Origin: an uncultured virus (IMG/VR IMGVR_UViG_3300023174_000066)
Lineage: Duplodnaviria > Heunggongvirae > Uroviricota > Caudoviricetes
DNA length: 20,000 nucleotides
Virus record (IMG/VR): IMGVR_UViG_3300023174_000066
Reading direction: 5' to 3' (one strand)
In this document: one piece after another, positions 7,940 through 15,514 of the stretch
Numbering within the stretch: position 1 is the first letter of the stretch
How the letters are laid out: each line of letters opens with the position of its first letter
Program-made: the position numbers and the translations under genes
The notes under the pieces: generated by a model
What the model saw: only the letters and a program-made list of their open reading frames with translations
The model's database searches: none
Told to the model about the DNA's origin: nothing

Positions 7940-9793
7940 ATGATGCTACGTCCCATTAGGGGCGAGGGAGAGCGTCCAACACATACAAAAAGACCACTGA
8001 TTTTAATCTCAGTGGCCTTTCTATTTTTTGCTAATCCGATTACGGCTGGCGCTTTATCTTTACCGACCGAGGCGAAGCTTCAGCCTCAGCCAACTCAGCT
8101 TCGTATTTCTTCGCAGCCTTACGGTTCAGTCTTGCAGCAAGTACTAGTCCTAGAAGGAAAAACCCCAGGACTCCTGCTGCAAACCCAACCCAGAACGAAT
8201 CAAGTTCAATCACAATCTGCATATTCAGACCTCCTATCTGAGCTCCAGTTTACACTACGTCACCTCGAAAATCTACTGTCAAACGCAAAAAACTCTGACC
8301 CCCTAAACCCAGACCCCGAACTTCTCTCCCAATACAAAGCAGAGATCAGGAGTCTGGAACTTAAGCTCCAGCAACTTCAAACGAACGTCGACGCAACTCA
8401 GCAAGCATACGAACAGCTATTCACGTCCACTCAACTTCTCGAAGAAGCAACAGCAAATAAGCAACAAGCGCAAGAAGCCTACGACGCTGCAACTATTAAC
8501 GAACAGAAAGCAAACCAAAGACTTGCACAGGCACATCAAGAACTTGACGCAGCAGTACAAGCTTACGAACAAGCCAACCAGAACTATCAACAAGCGCTAC
8601 AGGCTTATAACGAAAGCCAGATTCCAGACCCTAACCAAACTAACACACAACCAACACAACCAGGTCTGCAGGCAGACATCTATAACCAGATACAAACAGC
8701 AGGTACAAACATACCTCCACGTTCTACAACAGCCTATAACTTCTGTAAAACAGTCACGGTTACGCAAATCAACAACAACTGGGGTTCAGGCAACATCGAA
8801 GGTTGCGGAACTGACTACGTGATGATTCACTACACGGGATACCTCACTGTTCCCGAAGCAACTCCTTACGGTTATGACTTTCTCAGCATCTCCGACGACG
8901 GATGGTACTTTGAACTAGACGGACAAGTAGTAAACGATAACTGGTATCCAAAAGGTTGCGGAGGCAACTGGAGCCGGAAGTTTAACTTAACACCAGGACA
9001 ATCCTACCAAGTAGACGCATGGTGGTATGAGTGGAGCGGAGGAGCATGCTCAACGCTCTATTACGACAGTGGATACAACTGGGGACCAATCCCTGCTGCA
9101 TGGTTCTCACAGACTCCCTACACCCCCATTAGATACATCAACGACCCTGCTCTCTACCCAGCAGTCGTAAGGACAGAACAAGATTTTCAGAACGCGATCA
9201 CTAACAAGAACGCAAAGCAGACAGAGCTCACAACCAAAGAAGGCGAGTATGACCAAGCAGACCAGGCTCTCTTAAGATCCAGCCAACTTTTAACGAACGC
9301 AACTACAGCAGAGCACGATCTACAGCTGCAGCTAACTTTGAACGAACAACAATACACGTCTTCATACAGCGCTACAGCACAACTCGCAGCATCTATCTCC
9401 TTCATAACTATCAACGAGATTCTTACCACACCTGCGCCAGAAATCCCCGAACCCACGCCGGAACCATCTCCAACTCCGAACGAACCTCCGTTAGAAGTTA
9501 CGCCTGCTCCAGAACCTACACCAGAACCTACCCCAGAACCAGAAAACCTAGCAGTTGCAGCAGTTGCAGCAGTAGCCGAAGCGTTTGCTCAAGTTTCAGA
9601 AGCAATCGCAAACATTGGTTCAGATCTATCACCAGAGGTCCGTGAAAAGGCTCAAAAGGTAGTTATTTCAGCAATTGTTGTCACCCAAATTGCAACTCAA
9701 GCCGCCCAAATCGCAACCCAAGCAGCCGCCGCTTCAGCCTCTGCAGCAGCTGCATCAGCAAGTTCTAACTCAGGACCAGGAAGGAGGAAATAG
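7940..9793 (+). CDS. Exported coiled-coil protein with a PA14-like domain, Pro/Glu/Thr linker and Ala-rich C-terminal segment
   Basis: N-terminal signal-like segment; Q/A/E coiled coil; PGLQADIY...INNNWGSG...IHYTGYLTVP...SDDGWYFELDGQVVNDNW...WWYEWSGGA (PA14 pattern); PEPTPEP repeats. Promoter TGGTAAACT at 7907-7915. Confidence 0.8.
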   Translation: MMLRPIRGEGERPTHTKRPLILISVAFLFFANPITAGALSLPTEAKLQPQPTQLRISSQPYGSVLQQVLVLEGKTPGLLLQTQPRTNQVQSQSAYSDLLSELQFTLRHLENLLSNAKNSDPLNPDPELLSQYKAEIRSLELKLQQLQTNVDATQQAYEQLFTSTQLLEEATANKQQAQEAYDAATINEQKANQRLAQAHQELDAAVQAYEQANQNYQQALQAYNESQIPDPNQTNTQPTQPGLQADIYNQIQTAGTNIPPRSTTAYNFCKTVTVTQINNNWGSGNIEGCGTDYVMIHYTGYLTVPEATPYGYDFLSISDDGWYFELDGQVVNDNWYPKGCGGNWSRKFNLTPGQSYQVDAWWYEWSGGACSTLYYDSGYNWGPIPAAWFSQTPYTPIRYINDPALYPAVVRTEQDFQNAITNKNAKQTELTTKEGEYDQADQALLRSSQLLTNATTAEHDLQLQLTLNEQQYTSSYSATAQLAASISFITINEILTTPAPEIPEPTPEPSPTPNEPPLEVTPAPEPTPEPTPEPENLAVAAVAAVAEAFAQVSEAIANIGSDLSPEVREKAQKVVISAIVVTQIATQAAQIATQAAAASASAAAASASSNSGPGRRK

Positions 9794-9796
9794 CAC

Positions 9797-9982
9797 ATGA
9801 AAGACTTTTTTAACGACCTTATCTCACAGGCGTGGACTCTTCTTGGAATGTTCGTTGCATACGTCGTTCTCGAGGGCTCAGCCAAAGAAGTAATCGGTTG
9901 GTGCATTATCGGCACATTAGGTCTCTGGGTAGTCACATATCCACTTCGTAAGCCGTCTAACTCAAATCAAGATGACGAGTAA
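9797..9982 (+). CDS. Small 2-TM membrane protein (holin-like position)
   Basis: AGGAGG SD; two hydrophobic helices; lies directly before an M23 peptidase. Confidence 0.7.
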   Translation: MKDFFNDLISQAWTLLGMFVAYVVLEGSAKEVIGWCIIGTLGLWVVTYPLRKPSNSNQDDE

Positions 9983-10028
9983 CCGGTAAAATTAATAGTA
10001 AGCCTCAAACAAACAAAGGATTAAAAAC

Positions 10029-10679
10029 ATGGCATCAGACTCAAAAGCACAATATGCAATTGATGGGAATCCAGGTAAGAAGTGGAAAGTAACTTCATAC
10101 ATGGGTTGGCGTATTCACCCCGTCTACAAAGACAAGCGCCACCACAACGGAACTGACATTTGGTCTTCACAAGAGCCTTGCTGGATTGAAGCACCTTACG
10201 CAGGAAAGGTTGTCGCAATTGGCAACAACCCTGCTGGGTTTGGAAACAGCGTAACCCTCATGCACAAGATCAAGGGAAAGTGGTACACCACGCTATATGC
10301 TCACATGGCAGATGGCTCAATTAAGGTCAAAAAGGGACAGAAAATCGACGCTGGTACTCCTCTTGGAAAGATGGGCTCAACGGGTACATCAACCGGTAAG
10401 CACCTACACTGGGAACTCCACAAAGGAAAACAGCACCTATGGAACGCCACTGGCGTTGGCTACATTGAGCCTGTCAAGTTCTTTAAGCACCTCATTGAGT
10501 GGGAGAAGTCAATTGCTACTGCTGAAGTAGCAGCTCTACCCGAAGATCCAGTAATCCCAACTCCAACTCACGATGAGGCTGGGTCAGAGGCTGCAGAAGC
10601 AAGTCAAAATGCTATTGCTTCAGCACCAGCTCCAGTAGTCCCTGCAGTAGCCCCAAAGGCACCAGCAAGAAAAAGATAA
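10029..10679 (+). CDS. M23 family metallopeptidase (endolysin-like)
   Basis: HNGTD (HxxxD), YTTLYAHM, GSTGTSTGKHLHWE (HxH); AAAGGA SD. Confidence 0.9.
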   Translation: MASDSKAQYAIDGNPGKKWKVTSYMGWRIHPVYKDKRHHNGTDIWSSQEPCWIEAPYAGKVVAIGNNPAGFGNSVTLMHKIKGKWYTTLYAHMADGSIKVKKGQKIDAGTPLGKMGSTGTSTGKHLHWELHKGKQHLWNATGVGYIEPVKFFKHLIEWEKSIATAEVAALPEDPVIPTPTHDEAGSEAAEASQNAIASAPAPVVPAVAPKAPARKR

Positions 10680-10740
10680 AGACTTATCGGAATAAAGGTG
10701 CATCTGTTATACACAGCACGTAATAAACAATAGCCGATAG

Positions 10741-10778
10741 AGAAGGCCCCCCACCACAAGGTAGGGGGGTTCTTCTTT
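10741..10778. terminator. Terminator between convergent genes
   Basis: AGAAGGCCCCCCACC-ACAA-GGTAGGGGGGTTCTTCTTTT hairpin. Confidence 0.75.
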
Positions 10779-11278
10779 TAGTAGGAGCGACCCTTACCAA
10801 CCTCGCGCAACATACCTAGAGACCTAAACCCCGCTAATTTATCGTGCACGGTCCTAACTGGCATCGAAAACAGCACAGAAAGCACTACAGCAGGGTTTTT
10901 TACTCTAAATTGAGTTATAAAGTTGTAAAAAAGGATCATTTTATCCTCTTCCAACAGGTTAACTGACTCCCAATGGTGGTGGATATGGTCCATCAAGAGA
11001 GAAATACGCTTCTCAGGGCTCGGAAATGCGTGAATATTGGCATTTCCACCGAAAGATTGCTCTAAAAAGTCGAAAACAGGGTCTCGTAAGTACTCTAGTC
11101 TCTTACTGACATCACCTTGTGTGAACCCATATACAGGGAACTCTAGGTGCCCAATTATCAGTAAGTCGTCGCCGTACTTACCAGAGACCCACCATTCGCT
11201 CGAAAAACCGCCATTTTCCGCCTCAAAAAGCTCGACGGTTGCATATAAATTAAGTCTCTCAAAAGTGATGAGAGCCAT
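10778..11278 (-). CDS. Hypothetical protein with C-terminal HTH-like segment
   Basis: PAVVLSVLFSMPVRTVHDKLAGFRSLGML resembles a (winged) helix-turn-helix. Confidence 0.6.
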   Translation of the reverse strand: MALITFERLNLYATVELFEAENGGFSSEWWVSGKYGDDLLIIGHLEFPVYGFTQGDVSKRLEYLRDPVFDFLEQSFGGNANIHAFPSPEKRISLLMDHIHHHWESVNLLEEDKMILFYNFITQFRVKNPAVVLSVLFSMPVRTVHDKLAGFRSLGMLREVGKGRSY

Positions 11279-11281
11279 AAT

Positions 11282-11884
11282 TTACTTCTTTTTCTTCTCA
11301 GTTTTAATAAATACGAGGCGCGAGATCTCTTCAGAGGCAGCAAGAACAGCAATTGGAGCCGAAGCAGTGATAGCAACACCAATCCAAAGACGATAATCAC
11401 CATTTCCAACGCCGATTGTGCTCAAATAGTCAAGAGTATGTGCAACGTTAGCTGCAATTGACACTCCTGCAAAGATAAAGAGCCAGAAAATAGTCCTAAA
11501 TGTCCCTTCGCCACGTGCTGTAAACACAAAAAGTGCGATCGTGTAGGCCAAAATAGCGGCGTCTATGAACAACGCAGGGACCCATTGCAGGAATACAGGG
11601 AGTCCTGTGTACTGGGAAATGTCCCAAATACCGGCAAAAGACACGACAAAGGACGAAAGCATGAGGATAAACACCAAAATCAGTGCAATCCACAGCGTTC
11701 CACGAGAGTCGGGGTTAATACGCTGAGCGTTAGAAGAGGTTGATTCGACTACAGGTGTAGATACGGACACTTCGTTTTGTTCTTCTTGAATATCCATGTC
11801 TAACTCCTGCTCATTCTCAATCCAATCATCATCTATGATTTTTGCAAAGCCCCCTCGGGGGGCAAAAGGTTGGTTAGTATTCAT
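11282..11884 (-). CDS. DUF2637-like 4-TM membrane protein; leaderless
   Basis: SFVVSFAGIWDI...WVPALFIDAAIL...GVSIAANVAH...ASAPIAVLAASE; TGA-TACACT-N6-ATG. Confidence 0.75.
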   Translation of the reverse strand: MNTNQPFAPRGGFAKIIDDDWIENEQELDMDIQEEQNEVSVSTPVVESTSSNAQRINPDSRGTLWIALILVFILMLSSFVVSFAGIWDISQYTGLPVFLQWVPALFIDAAILAYTIALFVFTARGEGTFRTIFWLFIFAGVSIAANVAHTLDYLSTIGVGNGDYRLWIGVAITASAPIAVLAASEEISRLVFIKTEKKKK

Positions 11885-11936
11885 GTCAAAAGTGTATCAC
11901 ATCTTACATAAAAAGCAACTTCTACACACAAAGTTT

Positions 11937-12057
11937 GAGGCCCCCCTATTTCTAGGAGGGCCTCGTTGTAGCACATCACCACACGAATTTCTTCGCATCA
12001 GTTAGTAGGTTGTTTGATAAAGGTATGAGGTAAATCAACGGTCTCTTTGTGCTACAT
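11937..12057 (-). ncRNA. Candidate structured small RNA (~120 nt)
   Basis: Promoter upstream, 9-bp closing stem, GAAA-tetraloop hairpin, 3' GC hairpin, no usable ORF. Confidence 0.5.
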
Positions 12058-12062
12058 GTATT

Positions 12063-12103
12063 ACTTTACAGTATTAAGTTATTTTGTCAAATCCGACACG
12101 CCG
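12063..12103 (-). promoter_or_regulatory. Promoter TTGACA-N16-TAAAGT with adjacent CGACACGCCG (GACAC box)
   Basis: -35 at 12090-12085, -10 at 12068-12063, GACAC at 12095-12099 (+ strand). Confidence 0.6.
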
Positions 12104-12232
12104 TCTATCGCCCCTAGTATCGATTTTATATTTTAACCAAGAATAAAATAAAACAAACGGGGACAATAAAACAAGCATCAACACAAAACTTATTGTCCAT
12201 ATCCATGAACCAATAAGTTTTATTGTGCTCAC
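12074..12232 (-). CDS. Small single-TM protein (52 aa, MSTIKLIGSWIWTISFVLMLVLLSPFVLFYSWLKYKID...)
   Basis: Not in the ORF track; GTGA overlap with the holin stop. Confidence 0.55.
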   Translation of the reverse strand: MSTIKLIGSWIWTISFVLMLVLLSPFVLFYSWLKYKIDTRGDRRRVGFDKIT

Positions 12233-12489
12233 TTTCCCTTAGCCTCCGAGGAGTACTTGGGGGTGCGAGCATTGCCAAGAAGCCAACCAGCTGCAGGCCA
12301 CTGCTCTTCGAGCAGACGAACCAGCGTGTAGTAGACAGCCTGAGTTAGCCCAGTCAGAGCAACGATTGCTCCAGCCTGAGTTTCGCTATCAAGGGCAAGA
12401 CCCTGCGTAGCAAGCCACGCAAAAGCACCGCCGACGGCGATGGGGACCCAAGTACGAATGAGTCCAATCACTGTGTTATTCAACTGCAT
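12229..12489 (-). CDS. Holin-like membrane protein (86 aa)
   Basis: LIRTWVPIAVG...YYTLVRLLEEQWPAAGWLLG..PKY, an actinophage holin-like pattern; GAAGGAAAC SD before ATG 12489. Confidence 0.7.
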   Translation of the reverse strand: MQLNNTVIGLIRTWVPIAVGGAFAWLATQGLALDSETQAGAIVALTGLTQAVYYTLVRLLEEQWPAAGWLLGNARTPKYSSEAKGK

Positions 12490-12503
12490 GTTTCCTTCTT
12501 TCC

Positions 12504-13205
12504 TTATGGAGATACCCACCCATTATTACGATATGACTCGTAAGTGAGTGGCATCTTTTCTGCCCAGAGAGCTTCCATCTGCTCAGCAACCATCTCAATC
12601 TCTACTTGTGGATATGAGGGGTTGAGTGCATCAGACTTCGATGTTCTCAGGGACAGAAAGTTCATTAGACCTCGTGCGTTCATCGTCACATACATTGAAC
12701 TGTATAAGTTGACTGGAAGCACCATTCTTGCTACTTCCTTAGCGACGTTGAGGTTAAGCATTTTGTTGTACTTAATATAAGACTCAACAGAGTTCGCAAG
12801 AATAGCCTCACGAACTTGAGTCTTCTGGAAGTCAGTACCACTTTCAAACGTATACATTCCAGGCTTCCCGATTTGTAGAAGTTTTCTGTCGTAACTAGGG
12901 ACGTAGAAAACTGGGTCTAATTCGCGGTATCGGCCCGATTCTTCGTTATATGAAGCAACTCGATGACGCATAAACTCGCGGAATACAAAGATCGGCGCTT
13001 CAACATAGAATGTAAAAGCATTGTGCTCGAACGGAGTTCCGTGGCGCTCACGCATAAGGTAGTTAATTAGACCAGCGTCCTTAGATTCATTTTCTAACGG
13101 AGCAGTCTTTGTTGAAACTCGAGCGCTGCGGACAACACTCAGGTCTCCACCCATATGATCGATCAACTCAACGGTCATATCTTCGCGCATCACTACTTTA
13201 CTCAT
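12504..13205 (-). CDS. thyX: Flavin-dependent thymidylate synthase
   Basis: ThyX signature RHRVASYNEESGRY, plus HGTPFEH, KEVARMVLP and MNARGLMNFLSLR. Probable start ATG 13205. Confidence 0.95.
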   Translation of the reverse strand: MSKVVMREDMTVELIDHMGGDLSVVRSARVSTKTAPLENESKDAGLINYLMRERHGTPFEHNAFTFYVEAPIFVFREFMRHRVASYNEESGRYRELDPVFYVPSYDRKLLQIGKPGMYTFESGTDFQKTQVREAILANSVESYIKYNKMLNLNVAKEVARMVLPVNLYSSMYVTMNARGLMNFLSLRTSKSDALNPSYPQVEIEMVAEQMEALWAEKMPLTYESYRNNGWVSP

Positions 13206-13215
13206 ATCTAGTTCA

Positions 13216-13905
13216 CTACTCAATGGGCTCTCCTTTATATGTATTATCAATCTCCCCATCCCATGAGTTTTCACGTCTAATCTTTAACGACCACTCACCA
13301 GATGACACATCTCCACGTTCCTTCTTTTCAGCTAAATACTTTCCATTAGCCTGAAAGGTTACATAGTTACGTCGAACAAAGTAATTTGAGCTACGAATGG
13401 TGGCACTCTTCTTATGTAATAAAGGTATTTTAGCCTCAATGACGTCGAAGCCCTTCAGTTCTGTACGCCAACGGTAGTCGTCGTCCTCGAAGTTTGCAGG
13501 ATACAGCCCCTCGTCAAATATCCCCACCTCTTCCACTACCTGCTCACCAATTGAAAAGATCTGAAAGAAAGGGTACTGGTGTGACACAACAATTCGATCT
13601 TTAGCACTCTCGTTAGCCCAAATCTCAAGGGATCCAGGCTGAAACATCACATCATCTGACGCGACATAGACAACCGAATCGTGCGGAAAACTCTTGATTG
13701 CAAGGTTCCAGGACGCCGCAACACCCAAATTAGAAGGCATATTAAGAATTGTGCACTGCTCCACGCAATCTGGAATACCCACACTCTCGAGCTCTCCACC
13801 ATTGTCAATGATCAACAAATGACCAACAGGGTAGTCAATACAACGTACAAGGCTCTGAAGAGACTCGTATTGATTGAGCGTCGGGATTGTTAGGTTAGGA
13901 ATCAT
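13216..13905 (-). CDS. Glycosyltransferase family 2-like protein
   Basis: LTIPTLNQ, LIIDNGG, NLGVAASWN, SDDV, GIFDEGLYPANFEDDDY. Confidence 0.85.
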   Translation of the reverse strand: MIPNLTIPTLNQYESLQSLVRCIDYPVGHLLIIDNGGELESVGIPDCVEQCTILNMPSNLGVAASWNLAIKSFPHDSVVYVASDDVMFQPGSLEIWANESAKDRIVVSHQYPFFQIFSIGEQVVEEVGIFDEGLYPANFEDDDYRWRTELKGFDVIEAKIPLLHKKSATIRSSNYFVRRNYVTFQANGKYLAEKKERGDVSSGEWSLKIRRENSWDGEIDNTYKGEPIE

Positions 13906-14348
13906 TTGACACCAGTTGACCCAAATCCACCTTCGCCTCGCTCTGTTTCGTCTAGTTCTGTATCCTTAACGACGTCGAAGGCAGCGGTTAGGTGGTGCTG
14001 AAATACCAATTGAGCGACTCGATCTCCTCGCTCAATAACAAAGTCCCACTTAGAAGCATTGTAGAGAATGACTCCCACCTCTCCGCGATAACCAGAATCA
14101 ATAGTTCCAGGAGCGTTTAAAACTGTAATTCCACTTCTTAGCGCCAACCCAGAGCGGGGGTGCACCAAAGCAACTATTCCAGCAGGAAGAGAGAGTCGTA
14201 CTCCAGTTTTTATCAAAGCTCGATCACCAGGAGCAATCATGTGCCACCCAGCAGAGCGAAGATCACAACCTGCGTCTCCCTCACTTGCATAGGTAGGAAG
14301 CAGCGACTCGTCGTCTACAGAAATAGTAATCTTCGTCATTGCAGTCAT
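13902..14348 (-). CDS. dut: dUTPase (trimeric type); leaderless
   Basis: AGCDL, PRSGLA, GTIDSGYRGE, RVAQL, RGEGGFGSTG (motifs I-V); TGC-TAAAAT-N6-ATG. Confidence 0.95.
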   Translation of the reverse strand: MTAMTKITISVDDESLLPTYASEGDAGCDLRSAGWHMIAPGDRALIKTGVRLSLPAGIVALVHPRSGLALRSGITVLNAPGTIDSGYRGEVGVILYNASKWDFVIERGDRVAQLVFQHHLTAAFDVVKDTELDETERGEGGFGSTGVK

Positions 14349-14494
14349 GACTCAATTTTAGCACGACGTTCCCTCTTTTTAGCCTCATACGCCGATTTCC
14401 TCCGGGCAATCTCTTCCTGCTTAATTTCCAACAGACGTCGACGAGCAGCTTCTGAGAGATTAGCGTCCCAGCTACGCCATTTTTTTCTTGCCAC
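14345..14494 (-). CDS. Small basic helical protein (49 aa, MARKKWRSWDANLSEAARRRLLEIKQEEIARRK...)
   Basis: Not in the ORF track; the GTG abuts the HNH stop and the TGA overlaps the dut ATG. Confidence 0.55.
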   Translation of the reverse strand: MARKKWRSWDANLSEAARRRLLEIKQEEIARRKSAYEAKKRERRAKIES

Positions 14495-15001
14495 TTATCT
14501 GTCTTTTTCTACTCTTAAGTAGTAAGTAGGTCTACCATTTCCATAATTTCTACCACGATATGAAGAAGTAAGCGCATGGCAGTTTGGACATAGAACTTCT
14601 AAATTTTCTTTTGAGTGATTGGTACCATCACCATCAATATGATTTATTTCAAGAATAGAGTTCCCATCATCTGGATGCTTCTTCCCAAAACCACATTTTG
14701 AACACAAATAGTTAGACTCTTTTAGTAGAAAGTTTCTAACAGAGTTTGACAGTTTTCTTTTAGACCCACCAGACCACTCTCCATTTATCCAAAGCTGTAC
14801 TTTACCAAAAGCAACATCAGATCCACGTCTATCCCAGCAACTTTTGCAGTATGTTCTTGTAGAAGATATTAAAGATGAACATCTTCGACAATGACCCTCA
14901 ACACAACGCTTTGGATAAGCTTTATTATTATATTTTGCGGAGCAAGACTTAGAGCAAAACTTTGGATTTTTTGTTTCGAAACCACATGTTAAACAACTCA
15001 T
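14495..15001 (-). CDS. HNH endonuclease with N-terminal zinc fingers; leaderless
   Basis: CSKC...LEINHIDGDGTNHSKENLEVLCPNCHALT; noticeably AT-rich; TGG-TAATAT-N6-ATG. Confidence 0.9.
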   Translation of the reverse strand: MSCLTCGFETKNPKFCSKSCSAKYNNKAYPKRCVEGHCRRCSSLISSTRTYCKSCWDRRGSDVAFGKVQLWINGEWSGGSKRKLSNSVRNFLLKESNYLCSKCGFGKKHPDDGNSILEINHIDGDGTNHSKENLEVLCPNCHALTSSYRGRNYGNGRPTYYLRVEKDR

Positions 15002-15028
15002 GATACTATATTACCATAGTTCAAATAT

Positions 15029-15107
15029 CCCGATGTATCGCCTGTGGTTTCTACCCACTTGAAAGCGTAACGGATACATGCAGGTTCGAATCCTGTCATC
15101 GGGGCCA
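15029..15107 (+). tRNA. Non-canonical tRNA-like RNA (putative UCU/Arg anticodon hairpin, no standard D arm)
   Basis: Acceptor stem CCCGATG/CATCGGG plus G plus CCA; T arm GCAGG-TTCGAAT-CCTGT; hairpin GTGG-TTTCTAC-CCAC. Confidence 0.7.
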
Positions 15108-15139
15108 GCCACACCGCTGAGCTACAGAGGGTTTTAGAC

Positions 15140-15502
15140 TTAAATGCCTTGAGACTTTTGGATCTCTTTAGCAATGTCGTCTAAAGTAAAAGAGCCTCTG
15201 TGCTTGTAGAAGTTAATAATCGCAACAGCCCTATCTCTTTCATTTTTAATGATTTTGTTTCTTTCTTGAAGCGCTTGCATCTGCTTAAAAGCAGCCTTCT
15301 CTTGCGCCCTAAGATACTTTCGTTGCCTGTCATAGTGCGTCTGACAAAGACCGGATGCTCTAACACCAGCAGTGCAGTCTTCTACCTCACACGGTTGCGC
15401 CAACCTTTCGGCTTTTACTGCAGCTCGATAGTGTGTTATACACATTCCTCGCGTAAGAAAGTTTTGCTCTCCACACACGGAGCAGGTTCCAGATTTTCTC
15501 AT
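15140..15502 (-). CDS. Double C3H zinc-finger protein with C-terminal ERxR-type helix
   Basis: CSVC...GMCITHY and CEVEDC...GLCQTHY; AAAGGAG SD. Confidence 0.8.
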   Translation of the reverse strand: MRKSGTCSVCGEQNFLTRGMCITHYRAAVKAERLAQPCEVEDCTAGVRASGLCQTHYDRQRKYLRAQEKAAFKQMQALQERNKIIKNERDRAVAIINFYKHRGSFTLDDIAKEIQKSQGI

Positions 15503-15514
15503 TCTTTATCTCCT

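Noticed and set aside
8040..8222. Membrane-protein-like - strand ORF (60 aa) inside the PA14 gene
   Set aside because: Antisense to the 617-aa ORF, whose 5' end has a signal-like peptide and promoter. It cannot be fully excluded without homologues.
2873..9499. The 13-bp motif as a CRISPR repeat or DGR template
   Set aside because: Too short, irregularly spaced and mostly intragenic; no cas or reverse transcriptase gene is visible.
9430..9575. CCAGAACC and GCAGTT short tandem repeats
   Set aside because: Explained by the PEPT linker and Ala/Val-rich protein sequence; not a CRISPR or DNA-level array.
11981..12003. CUGAUG...GAAA resembling a hammerhead ribozyme core
   Set aside because: It lacks CUGANGA, and the GAAA is a tetraloop rather than following stem II.
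15048..15054. CTA in the tRNA-like loop as an amber suppressor, implying stop-codon recoding
   Set aside because: The GTGG/CCAC stem centres TCT, not CTA. TAG, TGA and TAA all end genes at sensible boundaries, and known genes are uninterrupted.
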